Under the pieces are notes generated by a model. It was not told where the DNA came from. It made no database searches and saw only the letters and a list, made by a program, of their open reading frames with translations. The position numbers were made by a program, and so were the translations under genes. A stretch of 64,000 nucleotides of DNA from Candidatus Hodarchaeota archaeon (GTDB lineage Archaea > Asgardarchaeota > Lokiarchaeia > Sigyniarchaeales > SOKP01), in the NCBI GenBank assembly GCA_048886685.1, contig JBHLKM010000001.1, positions 96,001-160,000 on the forward strand. The letters are read 5' to 3'. Every line of letters begins with the position of its first letter. Position 1 is the stretch's first letter. Positions 10,844 through 20,246 of this stretch are shown piece by piece.

Positions 10844-11185
10844 TTAAGACAGGGTATCGATAATATCAACATCTCTTATATCATCTCTTATATTTTTTAG
10901 TTTTTCTTTGTTGATAGTATTCGCAAAAGTACTTATCTGGGCTATGAACTCATTGATATTAATATTTTTTTTAAGCTTGTAATATTTTATATTATTTTTT
11001 CTCTCAAAATCTATAAGGTTATTATCAACAAGAATGTTCAAATGCTTTGAGGTTGTAGATTGAGACCTACCTAATCTTTCTTTAATTTTTGATGCTGGCA
11101 TTTCATTATCCTTTAAAATTTCTAGGATATCTAGTCTTGTGGTATCTGCTAAAACCCTTAAGAACTCAACAATCGATTTTTTAAT
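10844..11185 (-). CDS. ArsR/SmtB family transcriptional regulator (probable ATT start at 11185; track ATG at 11101 truncates it)
   Basis: In-frame upstream FLRVLADTTRLDIL plus SQSTTSKHL..L HTH; GAGG 5 nt before the ATT; no ATG/GTG/TTG before the upstream stop. Confidence 0.8.
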   Translation of the reverse strand: MKKSIVEFLRVLADTTRLDILEILKDNEMPASKIKERLGRSQSTTSKHLNILVDNNLIDFERKNNIKYYKLKKNININEFIAQISTFANTINKEKLKNIRDDIRDVDIIDTLS

Positions 11186-11272
11186 TTTAGCCTCGATGCT
11201 TATCGAACTCCAGAATCATATTCTATAAGAATCTGTTTTTTTAGCTTTTTAAAGCTTATTTTAATGAATTAT

Positions 11273-11285
11273 TAATGTTACATTA
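11273..11285. promoter_or_regulatory. Inverted repeat TAATGT-T-ACATTA in the divergent ArsR/Lrp intergenic region, candidate operator
   Basis: Perfect 6-1-6 inverted repeat; core TGTTACAT recurs at 13954 upstream of the second Lrp gene; weak in AT-rich DNA. Confidence 0.3.
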
Positions 11286-11401
11286 TTAATACGAAAATTA
11301 GTAAGATTTATATAGTATGTTATTGTAATATTATTGTATCGTGGTATCGCGATATGTGAACATTACTTAATATTTTATTTTAGAAAAAAGGGAGAAATAA
11401 A

Positions 11402-11914
11402 ATGATAAGCGAGAAGATTGGAATTGACCAAATCGATTGTAGAATAATGGATTTAATCCAGAAAGCTCCAAACCTCACTCATACTGAAATTGCAACCCAT
11501 GTGAATCGTAGTCAACCTACTGTAGGAATGAGAATTAAAAAACTTGAGAATTTAGGTGTTTTAAAGTATCAGGCAGGTATAAACATGAAAGTGGCAGATC
11601 TCTGTTTTGTTAGAGCTGAGGTTCAAACTAAAAATCCGAAAAAGGTTATTGAAATTGTTAAAATTTGTCCTTTCATGTTAAATGCATTTCGATTGAGTGG
11701 AAATGCGAATGTCAGCATTTTAATGGTAGGTTTAAGTTTTAAAGATATTGATCACATCGTTAACCGTCATTTTCGTAACGATCCAAATGTTATTAGTGTC
11801 CATATTGATGTAATCGCTGATATTGTAAATGACCTTGTTCTACCAATAGATCTAAATCTTGAATACGGAAAACTTGAAATAAAAAGTTGTTGTTGTGGAA
11901 TGTGTAATTGTTAG
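11402..11914 (+). CDS. Lrp/AsnC family regulator with Cys-rich C-terminus
   Basis: DQID..I..L, SQPTVGMRIKKLE HTH, RAM-like domain, ends SCCCGMCNC. Confidence 0.88.
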   Translation: MISEKIGIDQIDCRIMDLIQKAPNLTHTEIATHVNRSQPTVGMRIKKLENLGVLKYQAGINMKVADLCFVRAEVQTKNPKKVIEIVKICPFMLNAFRLSGNANVSILMVGLSFKDIDHIVNRHFRNDPNVISVHIDVIADIVNDLVLPIDLNLEYGKLEIKSCCCGMCNC

Positions 11915-11950
11915 ATTTTTATTTAAAATTATCTCTTTTTCTATATATCT

Positions 11951-12199
11951 TTAATCTATAGTTATCGCCCTTAATTTACACGCTGTTGTACACATGTGGC
12001 ATTTAACACACATTTCTTCGCGATCATCGACAACTATACATTTAGGAGTAGATTCTTTATTAATAACTACATAAATCCCTCTAAAGCAGGCTTCTTCGCA
12101 TGAAAATTCCTTACAAATGCTACATTTACGCACATTTATATGATGGAATTTATAGCTTTCGACGCTACTTTGCTTTTCTGCCTCACTCATCATGATCAT
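11951..12199 (-). CDS. 4Fe-4S dicluster ferredoxin
   Basis: CSICKEFSCEEAC and CVKCHMCTTAC. Confidence 0.85.
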   Translation of the reverse strand: MIMMSEAEKQSSVESYKFHHINVRKCSICKEFSCEEACFRGIYVVINKESTPKCIVVDDREEMCVKCHMCTTACKLRAITID

Positions 12200-12349
12200 T
12201 CAAATATGAAAAGGTTTATATCTATTTAGTTTATAAAATAGAAACAAAATTATAGAACTGATTGAGAAAATATTAAGAAAATTTACATTATATTCTAGAT
12301 TTCATTATTTTGTTTTCTTATTTATTTAACACTTGGATGATGAAATATT

Positions 12350-13096
12350 TTGTCAGGTAAAGTTTTATATTCAGAACTTAATCCGCAAGAATTTAAAAGT
12401 CGAATACTGGAAGCTCCTATTGCCTATTTACCATTAGGTACTCTTGAATGGCATGGTAAACACTTGCCTTTAGGAACAGATGGTCTAATTTCTTCAGGAT
12501 TTTTTATAGAACTTGCGAACAATATTGGAGGAATTGTTCTTCCCATGCTTTTTCTTGGACCAGATTTATTTAGAAATATAAACGAAAAAGATTACTATGG
12601 AATGGATATTCATAGTTATCCATCAAGTAAACCTGAACAATTACCAGGTAGTGCCTACTGGGTAAATAATGAACTTTTTAAGCAAATTATTGAGGTTACC
12701 CTAAAGCAACTTAAGAGAGCGGGTTTTAAGATTATAATAGCTCACGGTCATGGTCCATCAACATTGTTGTTTGCTCAGTTTAGTAAGGAGTGGCAAAACA
12801 AGTTTGGGTTAAATCTTTTTACATGTTGGCAAAGGGGTGAATCACCTGAATTTGGTCTACAAACAGACCATGCTGCTTCGAATGAAACGTCTCTCATGAT
12901 GGCATTAAGACCCGAACTTGTAAATTTAAATAATCTCTCTAAAAACATGAATAAAAAACCACTTGGTCTTATTGGTAAAGATCCACGAAAACATGCAAAT
13001 TCTGAGCTTGGAACAAAAATCATCACTAGACAAATTGAGAATATGGCAATTATTCTAAGGGATAAACTAGAAGAATTGTCTAAGAAAGTAGATTAG
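12350..13096 (+). CDS. Creatininase/creatinine amidohydrolase family protein
   Basis: EWHGKHLPLGTD, HGHG, DHA..ETS. Confidence 0.88.
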   Translation: MSGKVLYSELNPQEFKSRILEAPIAYLPLGTLEWHGKHLPLGTDGLISSGFFIELANNIGGIVLPMLFLGPDLFRNINEKDYYGMDIHSYPSSKPEQLPGSAYWVNNELFKQIIEVTLKQLKRAGFKIIIAHGHGPSTLLFAQFSKEWQNKFGLNLFTCWQRGESPEFGLQTDHAASNETSLMMALRPELVNLNNLSKNMNKKPLGLIGKDPRKHANSELGTKIITRQIENMAIILRDKLEELSKKVD

Positions 13097-13180
13097 ATTA
13101 ATTAATACTCTATAATAAAACCTTTTAATTTATAAAGATGAATTAGTCTTACTAAAGATACTTGAGAAATTACTAATTTT

Positions 13181-13849
13181 ATGGCTCCTGAAAAATTTCC
13201 CATTTTTAAAATACCTAACTTGATGAAGGGTATTTTTTTATCAAGACCCAATAGATTTGTAGGAGAAATCGAGTATAAAGGGCAAATTGACACCGCTCAT
13301 ATTCACGATCCTGGTAGATTAAAAGAATTGCTTATTAAAGGCGCTGAAGTTTTATTTACACATTCAAAAGGCAAATTAAAGTATTACATCAAGGCCGTTC
13401 GTATTAACGATGAGTGGGTTCTCATAGACACAGCTCTACACTCTAAAATTGCCATGAAAGTGTTTGAGTTTCTATCAGAATTCTCTGCTGTAAAAGAAAT
13501 TAAAAAAGAAGTGAAAATTGGGAATAGTAGAATAGATTTTGCCCTTGATGGAGTACCATTAGAAGTTAAAGGTGTGTCATTAGTTGAGGACGAAATTGCT
13601 CTTTTCCCTGACGCACCTACAGAACGGGGAACTAGACACGTAGAAGAAATTATTAAGCATAATGGGATTATCTTACTTTTAGTTGTTCGCAAGGCTAAGA
13701 GCTTTGCTCCAAATTGGGAGATGGATCAAAAATTTTCTAATACTCTAAGCGAAGCAAGAAAAAATGGAATTCGAATTGTTCCCGTTCAAATTAGTTTTGA
13801 TGGAAAAACAATCTATTATCATGGAATAATCCCACTTTCGGACTTTTAA
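13181..13849 (+). CDS. sfsA: DNA/RNA nuclease SfsA
   Basis: RPNRF, HDPGRLKEL, SRIDF, EVKG, FPDAPTERG..H. Confidence 0.92.
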   Translation: MAPEKFPIFKIPNLMKGIFLSRPNRFVGEIEYKGQIDTAHIHDPGRLKELLIKGAEVLFTHSKGKLKYYIKAVRINDEWVLIDTALHSKIAMKVFEFLSEFSAVKEIKKEVKIGNSRIDFALDGVPLEVKGVSLVEDEIALFPDAPTERGTRHVEEIIKHNGIILLLVVRKAKSFAPNWEMDQKFSNTLSEARKNGIRIVPVQISFDGKTIYYHGIIPLSDF

Positions 13850-13992
13850 TTAAAGTGCTATAAAAAAAGTTTCATTTTTTGATGTTTAAAATCGAAATAA
13901 ATGAAGACTAATTTCTTATAAATTCCTCCTAATATTTTATAAGTTGTAAAAATTGTTACATAATTAGTAACTAAAATTTTGTTAGAAATATT

Positions 13993-14547
13993 ATGATATC
14001 AGATAAATTAAAGCTTGATGATATTGATAGGCAGATAATTTCTCTTGTTCAGGATAATCCATCTCTAACACATACAGAAATTGCCACGAAGATAGATAGA
14101 TCGCAACCAACAGTCGGTATGCGGATAAAAAAGCTCGAAAAAAATGGGATCTTACAATTTCAGCCAGGTATTAATTTTAAGAAAGTCGATTTACATTTAG
14201 CGACAGTCGAGTTAAAGACGAAAAATCCTGAACAAATAATGGATATGGCTAAGCACTGTCCTTTTATGCTAAACGCATTCCGTTTAAGCGGAGAACATAA
14301 TCTTTGTATCCTTCTTGCCAGTTCTAAGCTTCAGAAACTTGATAATATTATAAATTACCATTTTCGAAATAATCCTGAAATTTCAAATGTCTCAATGGAA
14401 ATTGTAATTGACATTGCAAAGGATTTTATTTTGCCTATTGATTTTGATTCCGAAGATCATGATCCTACTCTCGAAGAGGGATGTGGTGATAAATGTAAGT
14501 ACAAGATTGCCCAAGCTAAGGGATTAATATCATCCCCAAATCAATAA
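13993..14547 (+). CDS. Lrp/AsnC family regulator
   Basis: LDDIDRQII, SQPTVGMRIKKLE; paralog of 11402..11914. Confidence 0.9.
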   Translation: MISDKLKLDDIDRQIISLVQDNPSLTHTEIATKIDRSQPTVGMRIKKLEKNGILQFQPGINFKKVDLHLATVELKTKNPEQIMDMAKHCPFMLNAFRLSGEHNLCILLASSKLQKLDNIINYHFRNNPEISNVSMEIVIDIAKDFILPIDFDSEDHDPTLEEGCGDKCKYKIAQAKGLISSPNQ

Positions 14548-14672
14548 ATTATTCTTTTATTGAAGAACTATATTATAGAGATTATACTCGGGCATATCTT
14601 ATAAAAAGAAAAAATTCTTTTTTCAGGATTCCTCCTTTGTTTAAAAATTAAAAAACGAAGATTAAAAATTTG

Positions 14673-14730
14673 TTACTCATCTTCTTCGCTGAATTTGAAC
14701 CATGGTCAGTCTTCTACCATATTACAGGTC
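14673..14730 (-). pseudogene. Degenerate duplicate of the 3' end of the Lrp gene 15872..16438
   Basis: 42/50 nt identical to the 3' end of that gene (about 15879-15928); translates CNMVED*PWFKFSEEDE* versus CNMAEDLPKFKFRQEDED*. Confidence 0.8.
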
Positions 14731-14743
14731 TGATTATAATCTA
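14724..14743 (+). repeat. Imperfect 20-bp direct repeat, copy 1 (ACAGGTCTGATTATAATCTA)
   Basis: 16/20 identical to 15752-15771; the two copies bracket the crotonase gene. Confidence 0.5.
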
Positions 14744-14843
14744 AGATGCTAGCCAAATTCTTTCAAAAAGTAAAGAAGATTTAATAACATACCAAGATTA
14801 ATTATTAAAAATATAAAATTCAATAAAAAAGATGATGTGAAAA

Positions 14844-15692
14844 ATGGTAGAATATGAAACAATAAAAGTTCAAGAACATGAAGATGGTATTTCTATTATA
14901 ACTTTTAACAGACCAAATAAGTTAAATGCAATCAATTTCCAGTTTATAGAGGATTTGCAAGACTATCTCAAGAAGGTAGAAAACAATCTTAGTATTCGGG
15001 TTGTAATTTTAACGGGTGAAGGTCGTGCGTTTTGTTCCGGATTGGATATAAAAGATAGTCAAATTATTTTAAAGAAAAAAATACCTGAAGATCTTCACAA
15101 ATTTAGATACCTTCAATTAAAAGATAAAATTAAAAGAATAGCAATTGTACAAAAGCTACTTTCTCAGATAATGGTACAACTAAGGAGAATTCCTCAGCCC
15201 ATTATAGCAGCAATAAAAGGATCGGCATACGGTGGTGGACTAAGTTTTGCTTTGGCGTCTGATATCAGAATTGCAGGGGAAAGTGCTGAGTTCTGTAATG
15301 CTTTTATTAACGTTGGTCTTTCTGGGGCTGATTGTGGAAGCTCTTATTGGTTACCCCGATTAATTGGATTTTCTCGAGCAGCAGAATTTATGTATACGGG
15401 AAGAGTTATTGATGCTAAAGAAGCTGATAAAATTGGATTTGTATCTAAAGTAGTACCTGACAAAGAAATCCTCAATGAAGCACTGAACGTTGCGAAACTG
15501 ATATTAACAAAAAGCCCGATAGGTTTAAGGTTTACAAAAGATGCTCTTAATATGAATGTCGATGCACCCTCACTCGAGGCTGCTGCAAAATTGGAAAATA
15601 GGACTCAGGTCATTTGTATTAATGCAGATGATATGCTTGAGGGTGTTTTTGCTACTCTCGAAAAAAGAGTTCCTAACTACGATAAATGGTAA
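14844..15692 (+). CDS. Enoyl-CoA hydratase/isomerase (crotonase) family protein
   Basis: NRPNKLNA, AFCSGLD, GGG..ALASDIRIA, GSSYWLPRLIG. Confidence 0.92.
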   Translation: MVEYETIKVQEHEDGISIITFNRPNKLNAINFQFIEDLQDYLKKVENNLSIRVVILTGEGRAFCSGLDIKDSQIILKKKIPEDLHKFRYLQLKDKIKRIAIVQKLLSQIMVQLRRIPQPIIAAIKGSAYGGGLSFALASDIRIAGESAEFCNAFINVGLSGADCGSSYWLPRLIGFSRAAEFMYTGRVIDAKEADKIGFVSKVVPDKEILNEALNVAKLILTKSPIGLRFTKDALNMNVDAPSLEAAAKLENRTQVICINADDMLEGVFATLEKRVPNYDKW

Positions 15693-15751
15693 TTACACCA
15701 GCTTAAAGAACATGTAAATTCATTTTACTTACAAAAGGAAGCATTTGTGAA

Positions 15752-15771
15752 ACAGGTCCGACTGTAATATA
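15752..15771 (+). repeat. Imperfect 20-bp direct repeat, copy 2 (ACAGGTCCGACTGTAATATA)
   Basis: 16/20 identical to 14724-14743; core CAGGTCCG also present in the Lrp gene at 15931-15938. Confidence 0.5.
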
Positions 15772-15871
15772 GATTACTCTGTTATGAGATAAAAACATCT
15801 GATTAAATCAAATAAAATCTGATTTTCGATTAAGTAATAATGATTATTTAAAGAAAAAATAAATTTAATAC

Positions 15872-16438
15872 TTAGTCTTCATCTTCTTGACGGAATTTGA
15901 ATTTTGGTAAGTCTTCTGCCATATTACAACCAGGTCCGCAATATCTTCCATCAAAATCCTCTATCTGGAAATCTATCGGCACAACAAAATCATGTATACT
16001 TTCGATTAAGATATTGGTCTTAACATTGATTACATTTTTATCGCGTCTAAAGCATAGGTCAATGAGCTTTTCGATTGTTTGTAAATCTGAAGCAGCAATA
16101 AAGCATAATACATTGAACTCCCCTGAAATTTTAAACGCGTGGTTTATAAAGGGGCAATTCTCAATTTTCTTAACAATCATTTCAACATCTTTAGTAGAGA
16201 TATAGACGATAGCAACCTTAATATCAACTTTCTTTATATTGAAACCAACCTGTTTTGTAAGCAGATTCTTTCTTTCTAACTTTATAATTCGAGCTCCTAC
16301 GGCTGGTTGAGATTTTTCAATCTCTTTTGCTATATCTGAATGGGTAATATCCGGGTTCTTCTCAATCATCTCAATTATCTTCTTATCATCGTCGTCGATT
16401 GAAAGTAACTCATTAAAACTTTTTTTCTTCATATCCAT
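15872..16438 (-). CDS. Lrp/AsnC family regulator
   Basis: IDDDDKKII, SQPAVGARIIKLE, CPF motif shared with the other two Lrp paralogs. Confidence 0.88.
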   Translation of the reverse strand: MDMKKKSFNELLSIDDDDKKIIEMIEKNPDITHSDIAKEIEKSQPAVGARIIKLERKNLLTKQVGFNIKKVDIKVAIVYISTKDVEMIVKKIENCPFINHAFKISGEFNVLCFIAASDLQTIEKLIDLCFRRDKNVINVKTNILIESIHDFVVPIDFQIEDFDGRYCGPGCNMAEDLPKFKFRQEDED

Positions 16439-16600
16439 TTTTAATCAAGAAAACCTAATAATTTAAACTTGATTTTAATGAATTTAAATCTTTATAAATC
16501 TACTAATTTAGAGATATAACAATTTAGGATTAAAAATTTATAATTTAAATACTGAAATTAAGACATTGATTTTAGATAGTTTAAAAGTTTAATTTTTGGA

Positions 16601-17563
16601 CTATAATACAGTTGTAAAGATATTGATTAATAAGATGATAATAGTAAATCCTATTAGCCCAATTAAAAATTTTATAGGATTTCCTTTTTCTTTTTCGGGA
16701 ATAACTTCACGTACAATTACATATAGAATTACCCCCGATATAATAGAATAAAAAATAAACAATAATTCTAAATTTTCAGGCAAAATAATATTAATTACAA
16801 TTCCAACAACTATACCTGTGAAGGTAGAAGTTCCTAATATATATTTCATAATGGAGCCTTCTTCAAATTTGAGTTCTTCATAGATTTCCAAATCAGTAAA
16901 AATAATATGAGCTTCAGATCTTTTAGAGATAAGGGTTCTAAAGAAGGCATAAAAAAAGAAGAGAATTCCTGGCACTAATTCTAAAACCAATAACCCCATT
17001 AGGATTACACCAACCAGAAAATGATAAATATAATCCGTGATAAATCTAAATTTTCGTAAGTTATCATTCACATGGTTTTGAATTTTAATTTTATATTGGT
17101 TTATTTCAGTTTTCATTTCTTCTTCCTGCTCATTCAGTTCTGATAGGGTTTGGGCTATATCCCTTAATGCAGCTTCATCTAGTTTTTCTTGCTTCAGTTC
17201 TCTAGTAAGGATAATTTCTATATTTCGCTCTACAATTTCCAGAGTTTTCTCTTTCATCATAAGTTTACGCATTTTTTTTTGAGTTCCTGATTCAACTTTC
17301 TGTAGAATAAATTTTTCAGTAACATGAATCACACAAAATCCAATTAAAACGAATAAATATTCAAATAAAGTTAATTGAAAAGGAAATTCTGGTAATCTTT
17401 CAGCAATTTCAGGGAGTACAATAAGGAAGAAGTAAGCTACAGAGATTCCTGCTATAAAAGAAGCATGCAATTGAATAAATTTATACTCAAAATAATCCAC
17501 TATGAAGAATAAACAACCAAATACCAAAGCAAGAACAAAAGCTATTACAACGTGCAATACCAT
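16601..17563 (-). CDS. ZIP-transporter-like membrane protein with long cytoplasmic coiled-coil loop
   Basis: About 8 hydrophobic segments; AGISVAYFFLIVLPE and GVILYVIVREVIPE resemble ZIP TM2 and TM7. Confidence 0.55.
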   Translation of the reverse strand: MVLHVVIAFVLALVFGCLFFIVDYFEYKFIQLHASFIAGISVAYFFLIVLPEIAERLPEFPFQLTLFEYLFVLIGFCVIHVTEKFILQKVESGTQKKMRKLMMKEKTLEIVERNIEIILTRELKQEKLDEAALRDIAQTLSELNEQEEEMKTEINQYKIKIQNHVNDNLRKFRFITDYIYHFLVGVILMGLLVLELVPGILFFFYAFFRTLISKRSEAHIIFTDLEIYEELKFEEGSIMKYILGTSTFTGIVVGIVINIILPENLELLFIFYSIISGVILYVIVREVIPEKEKGNPIKFLIGLIGFTIIILLINIFTTVL

Positions 17564-17692
17564 TATTATTATGATTATTTTTGAAGGATTTAAAGTTTTT
17601 AGAAATTGAAAAAGGTCTAAACTAGAAAGTTATAAATCTTAGGTTAATTATGATTAATAAATTGTTAAATGTAACCCTCGTGGTGAAAGGAT

Positions 17693-18586
17693 ATTAAATT
17701 CTTAATTATCACCTCAGCAGAAGACAAAGCTTCAATGAATATGCGCGAAAAATTCTTGAGTTCAAAATTTTATAATTTTGAAGAAACAAATTTTAATTGG
17801 TATGAGAATTCTATCTATAAATTGACGGAAATGTCTCTTGAAGAAAATAAATTTTCCAATTTTAAACAAACGGATATATATCTTGGTCTAACCAAAGAAC
17901 CACTCATTTTTTTAGATGATTTAAGATTAGATGAAACTAATATAAATCCTGATTTTCTTATTTTTGCAAGCCGACATACTTCAAAAACAGCCCGTCCAGC
18001 ATTTTTAGTGCATACAACTGGAAATTGGAGTAAAGATACGGATTTTGGAGGTGAACCTCAAGATTTATCATTAGCAAGCGCTTTACTTCATAAGGCAGGA
18101 TTTATTTCATTAATTGAACAACCATCTATAACAAATTTTTCTTTTGATATTGAAGTAACTCACCATGGTCCTACAAGATTAGAAAAACCTTTGATATTCA
18201 TGGAATTAGGGAGTAGTAAAGAAGAGTGGGCTATTGATATTGCAGGGGAATTACTCGCTAAGGCAATAATTAACACAATCTTCAAATACTTAGAAATTAA
18301 TGAAAAAGGAAGTGATAATGTAGGTTTAGGTTTTGGAGGAACCCATTATGCTCCAAATTTTCAAAGGATTATTAGAAATAAGAATTTAGCAATGTCTTTT
18401 ATCTGTCCAAAATATTATATTCAACAATTAAATAAAGATTTAATTAATAAAATGATAAACAAGACGCATGAAAAAGTTGAATTTTTCATTGTTGATTGGA
18501 AAGGCACAAATTCAGAGGATAAAAAATATTTACTACCATTATTGGAAGAATTCGATATTCCAACTAAAAAGACCAAAGATTTTTGA
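17693..18586 (+). CDS. dtdA: Archaeal D-aminoacyl-tRNA deacylase (DTD2), probable ATT start
   Basis: FASRH, VHTTGN, EVTHHGP, FMELGS, GFGGTHYAP; N-terminal KFLIITSAEDKASMN lies upstream of the track ATG (17735); GGTGA 6 nt before ATT. Confidence 0.88.
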   Translation: MKFLIITSAEDKASMNMREKFLSSKFYNFEETNFNWYENSIYKLTEMSLEENKFSNFKQTDIYLGLTKEPLIFLDDLRLDETNINPDFLIFASRHTSKTARPAFLVHTTGNWSKDTDFGGEPQDLSLASALLHKAGFISLIEQPSITNFSFDIEVTHHGPTRLEKPLIFMELGSSKEEWAIDIAGELLAKAIINTIFKYLEINEKGSDNVGLGFGGTHYAPNFQRIIRNKNLAMSFICPKYYIQQLNKDLINKMINKTHEKVEFFIVDWKGTNSEDKKYLLPLLEEFDIPTKKTKDF

Positions 18587-18617
18587 TTTATTTTTCTTGA
18601 AAAATATTGTCTAAATA

Positions 18618-19487
18618 TTAATTAGCTTCTTCTTTAATTTTCTCATAATATTTTACTAAGTTCTTGAAAACATAATGAGTAGGAGAATAACCTTGTGTAG
18701 CTGTTTTGATCAAAACTTTAAGTAAGAAATCTCGGTGTGTACTATTCTCATCCGGTGAAACATTCAATTCTCTAATATTATAAAAACTACGCCAGAAACC
18801 AGTTGGCCAATCAATTATTGGTGCCAGATCTCTTTGGTATTTAAGTATACCTTCTTTGCTTAATTCTAATTCTTTTTGTATTTCATAAAAATTATTCTTC
18901 CCGTTCTTTGTAATTTTGATAATACCATCTAATTTTATTTCTTCCATTAATTTGCTTAAATCATTTAATTTTACATCTTTAATATTAAGTTTTTCTAAGC
19001 TACTAAGGATCTCGGTATCCGTTTGACCTTTTAGTTTCATTATTGTATAATTTCTTGCTATAATATTGTATTTCATTGGCACAGATTCATGATCAAGTTT
19101 ATTATATTGAATTAAATCTCCTAATATCTTTTTTGCTATCAGGTATTTTAGAATGAGTTGATCTTCCACAGAAAAATCTCCTTTAAAAAGTTCAGAGTTG
19201 AAATATGAGTTGTATAATATTAGTAAAATTGATTTTATTGAATAAAATCCATCAACTACTGCTTGCTCTACATGTTTTAATACTTCAATCCTATACTCTA
19301 TATTTGTCAGGAATTTCTCTTTATCTAAAGGTATTTGACGGATAAAATGAGGTTCTTCATTTAACGTTTTTAAATAATCCTCCCATTTACTCTTAAGTCG
19401 ATAGGTTTGGGTTTTTGCAATACTTGAAAGTTTATAAACTACCTCCAAAAGCTTTTTTAAGAATTCTTGTTCAGAAACTTCAGTCAT
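18618..19487 (-). CDS. Hypothetical protein, possible internal winged-helix segment
   Basis: Long ORF with GGT-type RBS; no family recognised. Confidence 0.6.
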   Translation of the reverse strand: MTEVSEQEFLKKLLEVVYKLSSIAKTQTYRLKSKWEDYLKTLNEEPHFIRQIPLDKEKFLTNIEYRIEVLKHVEQAVVDGFYSIKSILLILYNSYFNSELFKGDFSVEDQLILKYLIAKKILGDLIQYNKLDHESVPMKYNIIARNYTIMKLKGQTDTEILSSLEKLNIKDVKLNDLSKLMEEIKLDGIIKITKNGKNNFYEIQKELELSKEGILKYQRDLAPIIDWPTGFWRSFYNIRELNVSPDENSTHRDFLLKVLIKTATQGYSPTHYVFKNLVKYYEKIKEEAN

Positions 19488-19658
19488 CCACTAAATACCT
19501 TAACCTAAATATGTGATTTTTTTTTAATTAATTAATATTAGAATCTAAAAATTTTAAACTTTAGATTAAAAATCTATTTTAGTTTATATAAATGTTGTTT
19601 AAAGAATTTAAGCAGACACCTCTTTATTAAAAATGTAAAAAAAATTATGTTTAAAAAA

Positions 19659-20120
19659 TTAAATTTCTCCTGGATAATATCCTTCTTTTCTGAATCTAAT
19701 ATAGGAAATCAAACAGGCTGAGAAAATTGCTATATAGATTATCAACAAAATTATTAGTAATATACTGGCTCCATATAGATCTGTATATATAATTATCGCT
19801 CTTATAGACAATATAATACTTATTCCTGTGATGATATTACACCCGATAGTTATAACATTAAGTTTTCTTCCAGCGATAGTCATTATACCTAGGATTAAGT
19901 ACACTAGAAAGGCAAATCCAGTAGCAAGAATTGTAAAGAGAACCGCAAGAAGAGCTTCTACTAAGCCTTCGATTATATTTACATATTCATTCCAATCAAT
20001 AAAAATAGCAGAATATATAATAGCACCTCCTAAATCAAAAAAGAAAAGCACAACTCGTAATATTGCTACAAGAATACATGAAATTCCTGCGGAAATTCTC
20101 AATTTTTCATAAAATTCCAT
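19659..20120 (-). CDS. Hypothetical 4-TM membrane protein
   Basis: Four hydrophobic segments. Confidence 0.65.
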   Translation of the reverse strand: MEFYEKLRISAGISCILVAILRVVLFFFDLGGAIIYSAIFIDWNEYVNIIEGLVEALLAVLFTILATGFAFLVYLILGIMTIAGRKLNVITIGCNIITGISIILSIRAIIIYTDLYGASILLIILLIIYIAIFSACLISYIRFRKEGYYPGEI

Positions 20121-20246
20121 AGTTTAATCTACCCTATTTCATACATAATTTCTTGTATAATTAAAATAAGTGAAAAATTAACTAAGATGTTAAATAAAAA
20201 TATATTAAACATTTGTATTTAAATAAATTTGTAAAGATTAGGAAAA

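Noticed and set aside
14706-14708. In-frame TGA in the Lrp remnant as possible selenocysteine
   Set aside because: Aligns to Leu (TTA), not Cys, in a fragment with no plausible gene start; I saw no Sec candidates elsewhere in the window.
14724-15771. Repeats flanking the crotonase as integron attC sites or IS ends
   Set aside because: No RYYYAAC/GTTRRRY boxes, no terminal inverted repeats, and no integrase or transposase in the window.
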